Shown: one piece after another, positions 1 to 9,004 of the stretch | Layout of the letters: each line of letters begins with the position of its first letter | Position numbering within the stretch: the stretch's first letter is position 1 | DNA from: an uncultured Alphaproteobacteria bacterium | GTDB lineage: Bacteria > Electryoneota > RPQS01 | Assembly (NCBI GenBank): GCA_964406405.1 | Contig: CAYORN010000002.1 | Location: forward strand, 248,025-312,024 | Direction of reading: 5' to 3' | Length of the DNA: 64,000 bases | Notes under the pieces: model-generated | Seen by the model: only the letters and a program-made list of their open reading frames with translations | Told to the model about the DNA's origin: nothing | The model's database searches: none | Program-made: the position numbers and the translations under genes

Positions 1-923
1 TGCCGGTAGCCGAAGTCAATCGCGCGATAGAGTTTGAATTCGCGATTGGCCTGCGGCGGGCATTGCAGGATGTGCCGCACCGGATCGAACTCGCTGTACA
101 CCAGATCCTCGACGGCATCAAAGGAGATTTCCTGCTCCTGCTGCCATTTGGTGAGCGACAGGCCGGACATCGCGCCGCGCTTCCACTGCTCGTTGTTGCG
201 CTCGGGATGGACGGAGTAGTGGATGCGGTGAACTTGAAAGGATGAAGGATGAGGGATGAAGGATGAATCAACGTTTACAAGCTTCGCAAATAGATTCAGC
301 GCGCCGCCGCTTGATGAGACGCCGATGAATTGGCCGCCGCTGTCGAGCGCGGGTTTCAGGGCGGTCCAGATCTGCTCGTCGAAGGGTGTGAAGGCCATCT
401 CATCCCAGAAGACCGCGGTGGGTGAATACATGCGCGGGCCGTTGGGCGAGGCGGGTAGCGAGAGAATACGCGAGCCGATGCCAGCAAATTCAATTTCCTC
501 GGCGGAGTTGGTTTTGCGTTTCGGCTGCATGTATTCCGGTAAGTGATCGAGAATGAAGCGCGCGCGGTCGAGCAATTCTTCGGCACAGCGCTCGTTGCGT
601 GAGATGAACAGATAGAGTCCCGATTTCTGGAAGAGCGCGAGCCACAGAGTATAGGCAACGACGCTCCACGTCACCATCATCTGCCGCGACTTGGGGACGA
701 GCAAGAGCCGCTCCTTCTGCATCACCCAGAGGAATTCGCAGAGGTAATCGTAGTCGGGATATTGGCACACGCCGCGCTTCGGATCCTGAGTGTACACGTA
801 CTCAGTGAAGAACTGCCAGGGGTTTTCGGCGGCGGAGCAGAGGGATTGAAAGTCAGTACAATTCAAAGGATGAAGGCGGAAGGATGAAGGATGAATGAAA
901 GACGCTGTAGGGGCTGATTGCAT
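1..923 (-). CDS. Phage terminase large subunit-like protein (TerL), partial; C-terminus runs off the left edge
   Basis: Hand translation of the minus frame, which is absent from the ORF track because it has no stop inside the window. ATG at 921-923. Walker-A-like VPKSRQMMVTW and Walker-B-like VFWDEMAF. Downstream region HRIHYSVHPERNNEQW. Two in-frame GGATGAA arrays are embedded at 240-267 and 868-895. Confidence 0.5.
   Translation of the reverse strand, partial: MQSAPTASFIHPSSFRLHPLNCTDFQSLCSAAENPWQFFTEYVYTQDPKRGVCQYPDYDYLCEFLWVMQKERLLLVPKSRQMMVTWSVVAYTLWLALFQKSGLYLFISRNERCAEELLDRARFILDHLPEYMQPKRKTNSAEEIEFAGIGSRILSLPASPNGPRMYSPTAVFWDEMAFTPFDEQIWTALKPALDSGGQFIGVSSSGGALNLFAKLVNVDSSFIPHPSSFQVHRIHYSVHPERNNEQWKRGAMSGLSLTKWQQEQEISFDAVEDLVYSEFDPVRHILQCPPQANREFKLYRAIDFGYR
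240..267 (+). repeat. Heptamer tandem array GGATGAA-GGATGAG-GGATGAA-GGATGAA, preceded by AAA
   Basis: Read directly. It has the same unit order as the inverted copy at 61247-61274. Inside TerL it is translated antisense as SSFIPHPSSF. Confidence 0.8.
868..895 (+). repeat. Heptamer tandem array GGATGAA-GGCGGAA-GGATGAA-GGATGAA
   Basis: Read directly. Identical in structure to 16301-16328. It lies in the TerL N-terminal codons (SFIHPSSFRLHP). Confidence 0.8.
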
Positions 924-1050
924 CGCCCGCAGAAGTTTCAGAAATTTGTGACTGTGACCCGATGTCTATTGACTTTGCCAGATTGAGGCATTATTTTAGG
1001 TATCAGGTAAATTCGGTTGAATATGACGCAATTGGGAAGGAATTTATGCG

Positions 1051-2292
1051 ATGAAGGTCTTCAAGTACATATTGATTGTTGCGGCGCTCTGTGGATCGGC
1101 AGCGTGGGGGCAGGACAGCTTGCATGTGCGGACGTTGGGACACGTGCCCATGCTCAGCGACTGGTTTCACAATTTCGCAATTCAGGCCAGTTTCGCGTTT
1201 GTCGCGGAGGCTGAATTCGGTCTGCGGATTATTGATTTCTCGAATTCTGGCAGCCCGTTTGTGGCCGGTTCCTATAACGACGGGAGTCATATTCAGGCGG
1301 TCGCTGTCGTGGGAAACTACGCGTACGTCGTCAACGAGATGTCCCTCCAGGTGTTGAATGTTTCCAATGTTCAGAATCCGTTTGGGGTGGGAAGCTGCTT
1401 GCTTGACGCCGGTATTCCCTGGAATGTGAGCGTGGCGGGAAATTACGCGTATGTTTCTGATGTTCTCGGAGGATTCTCGATTGTGGACGTCACAAATCCT
1501 GCTTCACCGGCTACCGTGGGGTATTGGGATGGGGCGTGGGGGACTCATGATGTTAAAGTCGTTGGAACGTACGCGTACGTGGCGCACGACGAGGGTGGTC
1601 TTCGTGTTGTTGACGTCTCCGTTCCCTCGCAACCGGTACAGGTCGGTTACTGTCCGGCACACGTCTATTATGGCATTTATCGCGGCATTGACTCCGCGGT
1701 GGATGTGATGGGAAACTATGCGTACATAGCGGACATGTGGGGCTTACAAGTGGTGGACATTTCCAATCCGCAGGCACCGGTGGAGGTCTTTGACCTCACC
1801 GCAGAAAGCCAGACATTTGACGTGCTCACGGTGGACCACTACTTGTTCGTGGCAGATGGATGGGCGGGGCTGCGAATTATGGATATCACAATTCCAGCGA
1901 TACCGGTTCTCGTCGGTTATTATGACACGCCGGCCAACGCCTACCGGGTAGGGGCGCAGGGCTGTGTTGCCTGCGTGGACGACAGCTCGTCCCTTCGCTT
2001 TTACGATGTGACCTATTTCATTCCATGTGGACCGCCGTCCGCTCCGGCCGGACTTGCCATGCAGATTCCGCCGCGAAACAACAGGGTGAAGCTGCGCTGG
2101 TCGCCCGTCACGACGGACACCACGGGCGCACCCATTGAGGTTGATCGCTATGTCGTGTATGGCACGGCCCATCTGGATTCTATGCAATGGGATTCGATTG
2201 GAGTGCCCGTGCCGCCGGACACGACAGTATTTGTGGATTCGACGGCCACGGGAGAGCGCGGATTTTATCAGGTGCGGGCGGTGGTGGAGTAG
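1051..2292 (+). CDS. Secreted LVIVD-repeat beta-propeller protein with a C-terminal FN3-like region
   Basis: Signal peptide MKVFKYILIVAALCGSAAWG. Five or more repeats of the form GNYAYV..GLxVVDVSNPxxP, which is the LVIVD repeat pattern. Confidence 0.6.
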   Translation: MKVFKYILIVAALCGSAAWGQDSLHVRTLGHVPMLSDWFHNFAIQASFAFVAEAEFGLRIIDFSNSGSPFVAGSYNDGSHIQAVAVVGNYAYVVNEMSLQVLNVSNVQNPFGVGSCLLDAGIPWNVSVAGNYAYVSDVLGGFSIVDVTNPASPATVGYWDGAWGTHDVKVVGTYAYVAHDEGGLRVVDVSVPSQPVQVGYCPAHVYYGIYRGIDSAVDVMGNYAYIADMWGLQVVDISNPQAPVEVFDLTAESQTFDVLTVDHYLFVADGWAGLRIMDITIPAIPVLVGYYDTPANAYRVGAQGCVACVDDSSSLRFYDVTYFIPCGPPSAPAGLAMQIPPRNNRVKLRWSPVTTDTTGAPIEVDRYVVYGTAHLDSMQWDSIGVPVPPDTTVFVDSTATGERGFYQVRAVVE

Positions 2293-2315
2293 CGGCACGC
2301 GTTGCAGTTGTTGTT

Positions 2316-2351
2316 TTCCCCCCTATGATCCCCCCACGAAGTGGGGGGATG
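2316..2351 (+). terminator. Poly-C/poly-G hairpin CCCCCC-TATGAT-CCCCCCAC-GAA-GTGGGGGG followed by a T-rich run; member of a dispersed hairpin family
   Basis: Stem 2330-2337 pairs with 2341-2348. Sits 24 nt after the stop at 2292. A near-identical copy is at 13553-13592. Confidence 0.55.
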
Positions 2352-2352
2352 T

Positions 2353-2652
2353 TTATTTGGAGAAATGTTCCTGCAGAATCTTCAGCGCGTCTTCGACAGT
2401 CAGGGCGGAAGGATCGGAGGATTTGTCTTTCATCAGGTCAAGGAAGAGTTTCGCGGCGGAGGTGTTGCCGCCAATGGCCAAATCGTACAACGTGCGGAGC
2501 AGGTGCTGCACGGCATCGTCGGGGACAGGTTCGAAAGGAAGTTCGAGTTGCGGAGGTTTGGTTACGGGGCGAGTGCGGGAGCACTCGCCGCCGCGCGGAA
2601 GTTGTTGAGACTCGTTCGTGGCGGTCTCGATTTTCTGTCGTTTGGGAGTCAT
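2353..2652 (-). CDS. Small hypothetical protein, possibly an HTH/terminase-small-subunit-like protein
   Basis: 99 aa ORF. The segment LLRTLYDLAIGGNTSAAKLFLD resembles the HTH region of phage small terminase and sigma-like proteins. This is weak evidence. Confidence 0.3.
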   Translation of the reverse strand: MTPKRQKIETATNESQQLPRGGECSRTRPVTKPPQLELPFEPVPDDAVQHLLRTLYDLAIGGNTSAAKLFLDLMKDKSSDPSALTVEDALKILQEHFSK

Positions 2653-2675
2653 GAGATCGTATTAAGGATGAAATG

Positions 2676-2746
2676 GTAGGGCCGGCCGTTGGCCGGCTCT
2701 GTCATGTAATTGTGTCTTTTGGGAGCGGGCCGACGGCCCGCCCTAC
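2676..2746. repeat. GTAG-type REP doublet (REPIN): GTAGGGCCGGCCGTTGGCCGGCT plus the inverted partner GGGAGCGGGCCGACGGCCCGCCCTAC
   Basis: Each arm is internally palindromic. The arms are inverted relative to each other. The 5' GTAG is typical of REP elements. Confidence 0.5.
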
Positions 2747-2758
2747 AAGAGTTTCGTT

Positions 2759-3595
2759 TTACGCTTCGCGGGATTGGCGAAAGGTGGAGCGCAGCGACAT
2801 CGGCGTCAGAAACGGGGCGAGCGTTTGCCACGCCTGCTGCTCGTAGGTGCGTGAGAGCTGCTGCCATTCCTTGGCGCGGCCGGGAATGTCGGTGGTGGCG
2901 CGGCGGGACAACGCTTCCACGGCAAGCGCACGACAAATGATAGACAGCGCGAGTTCCGTGGCTCCGGTTTTCAAGCCCTGATTCGTAGAGTTGGCGTTGT
3001 AGTCCTCGGCCAGCGAGCGGAGAATGATGTCTTCGGCTTCGGTGATCGCTTCGTCAATCAGATCATCTTCGACGCTGCCCGCCGTGACCGTGTAATCCAC
3101 GATCACGCTGGCGCCGTCCGGAATCGCGCCGCCATCTTCGCGCGTGAGCAGGCCGGTCTGATCATTTAGAGAGTAATCCGTGTTGCGACCAAACAACGTG
3201 CAGAACGAATAGTAAACAATCACCGGCTGCATATCGGGAATCGCGCCGGTCGCCAGCCGCCGCACGCTGCCGCTGGTGTAGTCCACTTGATAGTCGAGCT
3301 CCTCGACAAAGATGGTGGTGAGCGCTTCGCTGAGCGTGACGACGACCGTGCCCGGGACAAGCTGCGGATGCTGTAGTGCTACGAACTCTTGCTCCTTCAG
3401 GGTCGCCGAGTTATCCATGAAGGGCGCGGTTTGCAAATCTTGTTTGACCGCGGCGGAATCGGCCACCAAATTGTGGTGCGGCAATTCAATGCTGGCGGTG
3501 CCGCTGAACGTTACGGGATGGTTGCGAATCACCAGCTCCGGAAAGGTGCTCGTGAGCAGGTGCGTTTTGACAAGAACGGGGGTGGTGAAGGACAT
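2759..3595 (-). CDS. Hypothetical acidic protein of the phage-like module, possibly scaffold or structural
   Basis: 278 aa ORF with acidic clusters (DDLIDEAITEAEDII). It is preceded by an octamer-array element. No family was recognised. Confidence 0.4.
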   Translation of the reverse strand: MSFTTPVLVKTHLLTSTFPELVIRNHPVTFSGTASIELPHHNLVADSAAVKQDLQTAPFMDNSATLKEQEFVALQHPQLVPGTVVVTLSEALTTIFVEELDYQVDYTSGSVRRLATGAIPDMQPVIVYYSFCTLFGRNTDYSLNDQTGLLTREDGGAIPDGASVIVDYTVTAGSVEDDLIDEAITEAEDIILRSLAEDYNANSTNQGLKTGATELALSIICRALAVEALSRRATTDIPGRAKEWQQLSRTYEQQAWQTLAPFLTPMSLRSTFRQSREA

Positions 3596-3610
3596 GGGAA
3601 GAGTGGTTTA

Positions 3611-3698
3611 GGAACAAGCCGACAAGCCAACAAACTGACAAGCCGACATGAAGAATCTGATGTCAGTATGTCAGCGTGTCGGATTGTCCGCTTGTGGG
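3611..3698. repeat. Inverted arrays of CTTGTCRG octamers (CYGACAAG x4, then NTGTCRG x5) forming a long imperfect palindrome
   Basis: Read directly. A paralogous element is at 8925-9004. Confidence 0.6.
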
Positions 3699-4064
3699 TT
3701 ATTCGCGGAAGAGTTGGAATTCGACGGTGGCAAAGAGCGTCGTGTTGTACGGTACGCTCTCGATTTGCAGGGCGGTGGTGCTGCCGTTCAGACGGACCTT
3801 GACCGTGAAATCACTGCCGGCATTCTGACAATAGACCGCCAGCGTATCGCCCATTTGAAAAGCGATTTCGTCAACGTCAAAGCGATACGTGGTGCCGTCC
3901 CACAGGTGCAGCGCGCTGATATAGCCGCGGCGCGAGAGCGGATACCCGTTGCCGGCCTGGCCGCCGGGACCGTTCAGGTAGAGCGATTGATTCGTCACCG
4001 CGCCGGAAAACGACATCATGTTCAGCGGTCGCGACGCGAAGAGGAAAGCGTGCGTGAGGTTCAT
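3699..4064 (-). CDS. Hypothetical protein of the phage-like module; start uncertain (ATG at 4064 or GTG at 4136)
   Basis: ORF 3699..4136. The internal start MNLTHAFLF at 4064 places the (GAGAYTT)3 array in the 5' UTR. Confidence 0.35.
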   Translation of the reverse strand: MNLTHAFLFASRPLNMMSFSGAVTNQSLYLNGPGGQAGNGYPLSRRGYISALHLWDGTTYRFDVDEIAFQMGDTLAVYCQNAGSDFTVKVRLNGSTTALQIESVPYNTTLFATVEFQLFRE

Positions 4065-4070
4065 GGGAAA

Positions 4071-4100
4071 GACCTGAGACTTGAGATTTGAGACTTGAAA
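4071..4100. repeat. Heptamer array ACCT-GAGACTT-GAGATTT-GAGACTT-GAAA
   Basis: Read directly. A second copy is at 14722-14746. Confidence 0.6.
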
Positions 4101-4329
4101 TGAAGAGCAGACAGAGATGCGAGCGCCGGAGGGCACGTGCGAAGCGTCTGGTTTGACTGGCTGGCGCCGAATGCTAAGTGCAGTGTCTTTCGAAAGCTAC
4201 TGCGTTGGAAGCCGACTGAACACGATGCCTGATGCCGAAAAAACACGGCGAAAACGCTTGCGAAAGGCCGCAATTTGACCTATTTTAACCCCTACAATCG
4301 CAGAGACTTTTGCTCGAAAGGAGCCGGAG

Positions 4330-6918
4330 ATGAAATCTTTTGGCGTTTTTTCAGCTTGTGTTCTGATGATCGTTTGTACTTTAGCGCCGGTCCGTGCGGA
4401 CCACGTGACGCGCGGCCCGATTTCGCCGCCGCGCGCGATCACCGGCATGGAACCGATGTTGCCCTCGCAAATCGGTCCCGACAACGGCAATCACCCCAAC
4501 GCGGGGCGCGCGCTGGATGAACCCGTCGGCGTCACGTATGCCGCAGGCACGTCATGGTACGACCTGGGGCATAACGGCAGTGCGGGGAAGATGATCGGCG
4601 TGGATGATTCGGGCTATGTGCATCTCGTGTGGACGAAGGGGATGGATAATGCGAATACGAGTCGCTACGTGTATTTCAACGTCTGGAATCCGAACACGCA
4701 GGCGATGGAATCCACCGTCGGAGAGCGCATTGACACGATCTTGTCCACGCGTTCGGGGTTCATCGCGCTGGCGGTGATGGGCGGCGGGTGGGCGTTTCCC
4801 GCATTTCACGAGATTCTGCCCAGCGGCGGGGGGTTGCCTCATGCCGCGGGCGGGATGAGCCTCATGGCGCGCACGCTGAATTTCGGTGTGACCGAGCCGG
4901 CGTGGCTCAATTCCCGGCAGTTGATCTGGCCCAAGATTGCCGTGGGGCGCGACAGCGTGGTGCACATGCTGACCACCGAGAATACTGTACCCTACGCGGT
5001 GTTTTACTCGCGGGGGCTGCCGAACTGGACGAGCCGCACGATCCAATGGCAAGACGTGGGCGGCGCGCAGTACGTGCAGATGGGATCAGCGGGCTATGTT
5101 TCGGCGGACGTTTGCGTGTCGCCAGTGTCGGATCGCATGGCCATGGCCTGGACCGATTATCGTCCGGGCAGCACGCAGAATTCGTACAATCAGGATGTCT
5201 TTTATCGCGTGTCGGAAGACGGCGGGCTGAACTGGAGTGACCTGCTCAACATCACGCAGTTCATGCCGGAAGACACGCACCGGGCGTTTGCCGATCTGAG
5301 CCTGCTGTTCGACGCGCAGGACGATCTGCACATTGCGTTCTCGACGTCGTGGTTTGACGAAACCAGCGGAACCAATTCAAACCAAAGCGGCCGCATCTGG
5401 CACTGGCGCGAAGGGTCGGACTCCATCTCCGCGTTGGGAGACGGGTGGGCAACCGGGCCGGCCATTCCCGGCAATTTTCTGCGCAATGCCTGCCGTCCGA
5501 GCCTGGCGCTGGATACGACGACAGGATATTTGTACTGTTCCTACCAGTGGTACGACCTGAACTCGTATTCGGTGAGCAACTACTACAACGCCGACGTGTG
5601 GATGACAGCTTCAACGGACAACGGCGCGCATTGGTCGGTGGGGCGCAATGTCACGACGACCACGCCGGTGTCGAATCCCTCGCCGGCGAGTGAGTGTTTG
5701 AGCGAGCGCGATATCACTCTGGCCGAACATGTGACCTACGCGAACGGCACGGGATACCTGCATTTGGAGTATGAACTGGATGCGGATGCGGGCGGATCAC
5801 CGCAGTTTGAAGGGGTGACCACCCTAAACACGGTGTATTACCAGCGGATTCCGGTGGACTCGATTTCGCAGACGCCGCTCATGCCGTCGTTTCCGTTTCA
5901 TCTCGGACCGCCCATTCCTCCTGACACGGGCCGCTGCTGCTATGGCAATCCGACGCAGCCGCAGTGCGCATGGCTGACGCTCGCAGCGTGCAACGGACTG
6001 AACGGAAGCTGGGACAGCACGCTGACCTGCGACACTCCGTGTCCGATTCCCGCGACGGGGCGTTGCTGTTACGGCGATTCGGCACAACCGGATTGCGCCA
6101 TGCTGATCCGTGTGGCCTGTCTCGCCTTGCAGGGAGGTTGGGACAGCACCTTAACCTGTGCCACACCGTGCCCGGTGTTCATCGAATGTTCCATCCAGGA
6201 TGAAGAAAACACGCATTGCAACCTGACCGGCGCGCCGATCCCCGATGGCGACCCAAACGGAGTGGATCTTGTCATCAACGTGCCGGTGCGCTATCACATC
6301 ACGGACCTGAATGTGGGCTTGGACATCAGCCACACGCAGTTGACGGATTTGGAAATCACGCTGCGATCACCGGGAGGAACGTCGGTCACGCTGATTTCGC
6401 ACCAGATCGTGGGCGCGAATTTCCGCTGCACGGTGTTTGATGATGAATCTCCGATCTGGATCTGGGATGGCACGCCACCGTACAACGGCAGCTTTAAGCC
6501 GGGGTTGCCGCTGAATGCGTTCGACGGACAAATGGCGCAGGGCAACTGGACGCTGCACGTGAGCGACACCGTGCAATTTGAACCGGGCACGCTCAATTGG
6601 GCCTGTCTTGAGTTCGCCTATGATTACATTGACGCGGCGGACGACGTTCCGCTGCCGGTGGAGTATGCGTTCTCTGCCTATCCGAATCCCTTCAATCCGG
6701 CGACCACATTGAGCTTCAGCGTCGCGGCGCCGGGTGATGTTCAATTGCAGCTCTTCAATCTCGCAGGGCAGCGGGTGCGCACGCTGGTGGATGGTCGCTA
6801 TGAAACCGGAACCTATCAGGTACAACTGGACGCGCGTGATCTGCCGTCGGGAGTTTATTTCTCACGCTTCACGGCCGGGACGTTTGTGAAGACGGAGAAG
6901 TTGGTATTGATGAAATAG
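4330..6918 (+). CDS. Secreted BNR/Asp-box repeat protein with a proprotein-convertase P-domain and a T9SS C-terminal sorting domain
   Basis: Signal peptide. SxDxGxTW-like motifs (STDNGAHW, SEDGGLNW). P-domain signature DLEITLRSPGGTSVTLISH...GNWTLHVSD. C-terminus YPNPFNPATTLSFSV...GVYFSRF...LVLMK. Shine-Dalgarno AGGAG upstream. Confidence 0.7.
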   Translation: MKSFGVFSACVLMIVCTLAPVRADHVTRGPISPPRAITGMEPMLPSQIGPDNGNHPNAGRALDEPVGVTYAAGTSWYDLGHNGSAGKMIGVDDSGYVHLVWTKGMDNANTSRYVYFNVWNPNTQAMESTVGERIDTILSTRSGFIALAVMGGGWAFPAFHEILPSGGGLPHAAGGMSLMARTLNFGVTEPAWLNSRQLIWPKIAVGRDSVVHMLTTENTVPYAVFYSRGLPNWTSRTIQWQDVGGAQYVQMGSAGYVSADVCVSPVSDRMAMAWTDYRPGSTQNSYNQDVFYRVSEDGGLNWSDLLNITQFMPEDTHRAFADLSLLFDAQDDLHIAFSTSWFDETSGTNSNQSGRIWHWREGSDSISALGDGWATGPAIPGNFLRNACRPSLALDTTTGYLYCSYQWYDLNSYSVSNYYNADVWMTASTDNGAHWSVGRNVTTTTPVSNPSPASECLSERDITLAEHVTYANGTGYLHLEYELDADAGGSPQFEGVTTLNTVYYQRIPVDSISQTPLMPSFPFHLGPPIPPDTGRCCYGNPTQPQCAWLTLAACNGLNGSWDSTLTCDTPCPIPATGRCCYGDSAQPDCAMLIRVACLALQGGWDSTLTCATPCPVFIECSIQDEENTHCNLTGAPIPDGDPNGVDLVINVPVRYHITDLNVGLDISHTQLTDLEITLRSPGGTSVTLISHQIVGANFRCTVFDDESPIWIWDGTPPYNGSFKPGLPLNAFDGQMAQGNWTLHVSDTVQFEPGTLNWACLEFAYDYIDAADDVPLPVEYAFSAYPNPFNPATTLSFSVAAPGDVQLQLFNLAGQRVRTLVDGRYETGTYQVQLDARDLPSGVYFSRFTAGTFVKTEKLVLMK

Positions 6919-6936
6919 ATTCCGGCCGGGTTACGT

Positions 6937-6962
6937 CCAACACCCCGGAGGGTGTTGGCTAG
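6937..6962 (+). terminator. Hairpin CCAACACCCC-GGAG-GGGTGTTGG after the stop at 6918
   Basis: Stem-loop read directly. Confidence 0.45.
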
Positions 6963-7114
6963 TCATGACCTGACTCGGCGATGTTCAAGAAGAGAGTGCG
7001 AGCGATTGCGCTCTCTTTGTTTTGCGCAGCGGCGGGCACAGAGACTGTGGCAAAGAAAGGCTGGAGGTAGGGTGAGCTTCCCTCCACACTCCGGCCCGCC
7101 GCGGCGCGCTTAGA

Positions 7115-8194
7115 TTAGTAATCGCTGATGGCGATGGCGTCGTCCACCATGATCGTGTAAACGGACTCTTTCGAGATCACGGCGGTTTCGAGTTTCTGCG
7201 AGATGACCTTCTCGGCTTCGATCAACAGCGGCTGAGCGATGGATTCGCGGATGGCGAAGCGATGATCGAGCGCGGCGAGCTTCGTGACCGTGGCGCCGGG
7301 GCACACGACGAGTTTGGTGTTGATCGGCAGGAAACTGCGATAGTCGCCCTGCATCGTGAAATGCGTGATCCCCTGGAACGCCTGCGGGTCCTGCAGCTGA
7401 TCAATGTTCAGGATTTTCTCGATGTCGGCTTTTGTCGCGAGCAGGTGCGTCATGTGCGCGGGCCCGCCGAACGAGAGCGCGAGATGGGTGAGATCAGAAT
7501 AGGCGAACGTGCCGGCTGTGCCGTTGAAGCAGTTCGTCGGCGCGGGTGAGGTGCCGTCACCGTTGGTGATGATGCCGTAGATCTCGTTGATCTCATCGAA
7601 CGCGATCTGCGCGCCGATCCACCACAGGAACACGCGGAATTCGGCGAGCTTCTGGTTTTTCAGAATGCGGTAAGAGAAATCGAACTGGCGGCCGCGATCC
7701 ACCATCGCCGCGTCCTTTTCGCGGTAGAGCAGCTGCACGACCGGATAGTTGCTGACTTCGTTGCGGCGGGCGAGCGGCTTCTTGGCATCGGCCGTTTTGA
7801 TATAGATCGGCTTCACCGAAGGCCCGCGTTCGGGAACTTGCGCGGCGACCAGTTCGCCGGGGTCCTGCACCATGCGATAGCCGCGTTGGATTTCGCGCGA
7901 GACATATTCCGGCGCGAGAATCAACCCGCCGCCGGTGAGGAATTGCTCGAGCGTCGTGGCGTTGCGTCCCGTGACGACGACATTGGCGAGATAGAGCTGC
8001 CGCTCGAAGGCGTCCAGCGCGCAGTCGAGCGCGCCGTCCGGCTTGCGCGGCGAGGGATCGAGTTCTTCGAGCAGTTCCGAGAGCGTGATCCCGCGCTCCT
8101 GCGCTTCGGCATAGAGCGCCAGATTGGCGGAGCGGGAATAGTCGGAGACTTTTTCGCGGAGGGCGTAGGAATTGGAAAGGTCGAGAGGAGTCAT
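7115..8194 (-). CDS. Putative HK97-fold major capsid-like protein (phage or encapsulin-like)
   Basis: 359 aa counted from the ATG at 8192-8194, with AAGGA upstream. Its size, its position next to a DUF2190-like gene and its lack of a signal peptide fit a capsid protein. The family call is inferred from context, not from a recognised motif. Confidence 0.35.
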   Translation of the reverse strand: MTPLDLSNSYALREKVSDYSRSANLALYAEAQERGITLSELLEELDPSPRKPDGALDCALDAFERQLYLANVVVTGRNATTLEQFLTGGGLILAPEYVSREIQRGYRMVQDPGELVAAQVPERGPSVKPIYIKTADAKKPLARRNEVSNYPVVQLLYREKDAAMVDRGRQFDFSYRILKNQKLAEFRVFLWWIGAQIAFDEINEIYGIITNGDGTSPAPTNCFNGTAGTFAYSDLTHLALSFGGPAHMTHLLATKADIEKILNIDQLQDPQAFQGITHFTMQGDYRSFLPINTKLVVCPGATVTKLAALDHRFAIRESIAQPLLIEAEKVISQKLETAVISKESVYTIMVDDAIAISDY

Positions 8195-8210
8195 GGGAAG
8201 TCCTTGAGGT

Positions 8211-8229
8211 AAAATTGAAAAATGAAAAG
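8211..8229. promoter_or_regulatory. Conserved upstream motif AAAATTGAAAAATGAAAAG (CTTTTCATTTTTCAATTTT on the gene strand)
   Basis: Shared with 9317-9343, upstream of the gene starting at 9313. Confidence 0.4.
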
Positions 8230-8381
8230 CGAAAGAACAAACATGAGATCCTTCCACCGAAGACGGTGTCAGGATGACAATGCTTTGATTTGTGGTTGTT
8301 GTAGTATGGGTCGGCTGCTCAATTCTCGTGCTCGTGTGCTTTGGATTAGCAGCCGACACCGCGACCGGGCGGAACAGAGAT

Positions 8382-8446
8382 TTCGGGCGGGTTCTTGGAC
8401 AGACGGTCGGAGACCGCCACTAGTATTTGTGGAACCCGCCTCGGCA
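8382..8446 (+). repeat. Solo copy of the IS200/RAYT-associated REPIN (TTCGGGCGGGTTCTTG...GGAACCCGCCTCGGC)
   Basis: Aligns end-to-end with 30226-30286, 30301-30363, 61049-61113 and the inverted copy at 29577-29637. Confidence 0.6.
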
Positions 8447-8456
8447 GAACTAAGCA

Positions 8457-8900
8457 TTATGCATCCAGCAACACGTCGCAGGTGGTGTCGGTCGTGTTGA
8501 CGGCAATCACGAGGCCGCGATGCTTGGTGCCGCCGGCCGGGACGTCAGCCACGGTGGATGCTTGGCGGACTTTGCCCGCGCCGTCCACTTCGACTTTTTG
8601 ACCGATGACCGGCGTGGTGGCGGCATACTTGAAGCGCGCGATACCGGTGACCTGCACGGTGCAGAGCGCGGGAATCGCGGTGCCGGCTTGCAGCTCTTCG
8701 GACACCTTGATGACTTTGCCGAGCAGGCGGCCACCGGCGGCGCCCATGCCGACTTTGTTGTTGCTGGTCATGGCGCAGGCGACCAAGCCGTTATCGAGAT
8801 CGGTGAGCGTGAAATCCTGATTGGCGCCGGCATCCACTTCAAACGTGAGCTGCAGATTGGCGCCGGCGCCGTCGTTGGTGACGGAATAGGTGGTGGACAT
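8457..8900 (-). CDS. Putative phage head decoration/cement protein (DUF2190-like, Ala/Gly-rich)
   Basis: 147 aa counted from MSTTYSV, with AAGGAAA upstream. Gly/Ala/Val-rich beta-type composition. Immediately upstream of the putative capsid gene, which is the lambda D-E order. Confidence 0.35.
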   Translation of the reverse strand: MSTTYSVTNDGAGANLQLTFEVDAGANQDFTLTDLDNGLVACAMTSNNKVGMGAAGGRLLGKVIKVSEELQAGTAIPALCTVQVTGIARFKYAATTPVIGQKVEVDGAGKVRQASTVADVPAGGTKHRGLVIAVNTTDTTCDVLLDA

Positions 8901-8924
8901 CTTTTCCTTTTGTGGTTGGTTATA

Positions 8925-9004
8925 TGACAGCGGACAACTGACAAGCCGACAAGCTGACAGAAGGAGAATCACATTTTATCTCAGCATGTCGGAATGTCGG
9001 TTTG
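8925..9004. repeat. Inverted arrays of CTTGTCRG octamers (TGACAG..CTGACAAGCCGACAAGCTGACAG ... CATGTCGGAATGTCGGTTTGTCAG)
   Basis: Read directly. Paralog of 3611-3698. Confidence 0.6.

Noticed and set aside
34-546. Plus-strand ORFs 34..219, 63..245 and 256..546 at the left edge
   Set aside because: The minus frame through this region encodes a continuous terminase-like protein with Walker motifs. The plus ORFs are antisense artefacts.
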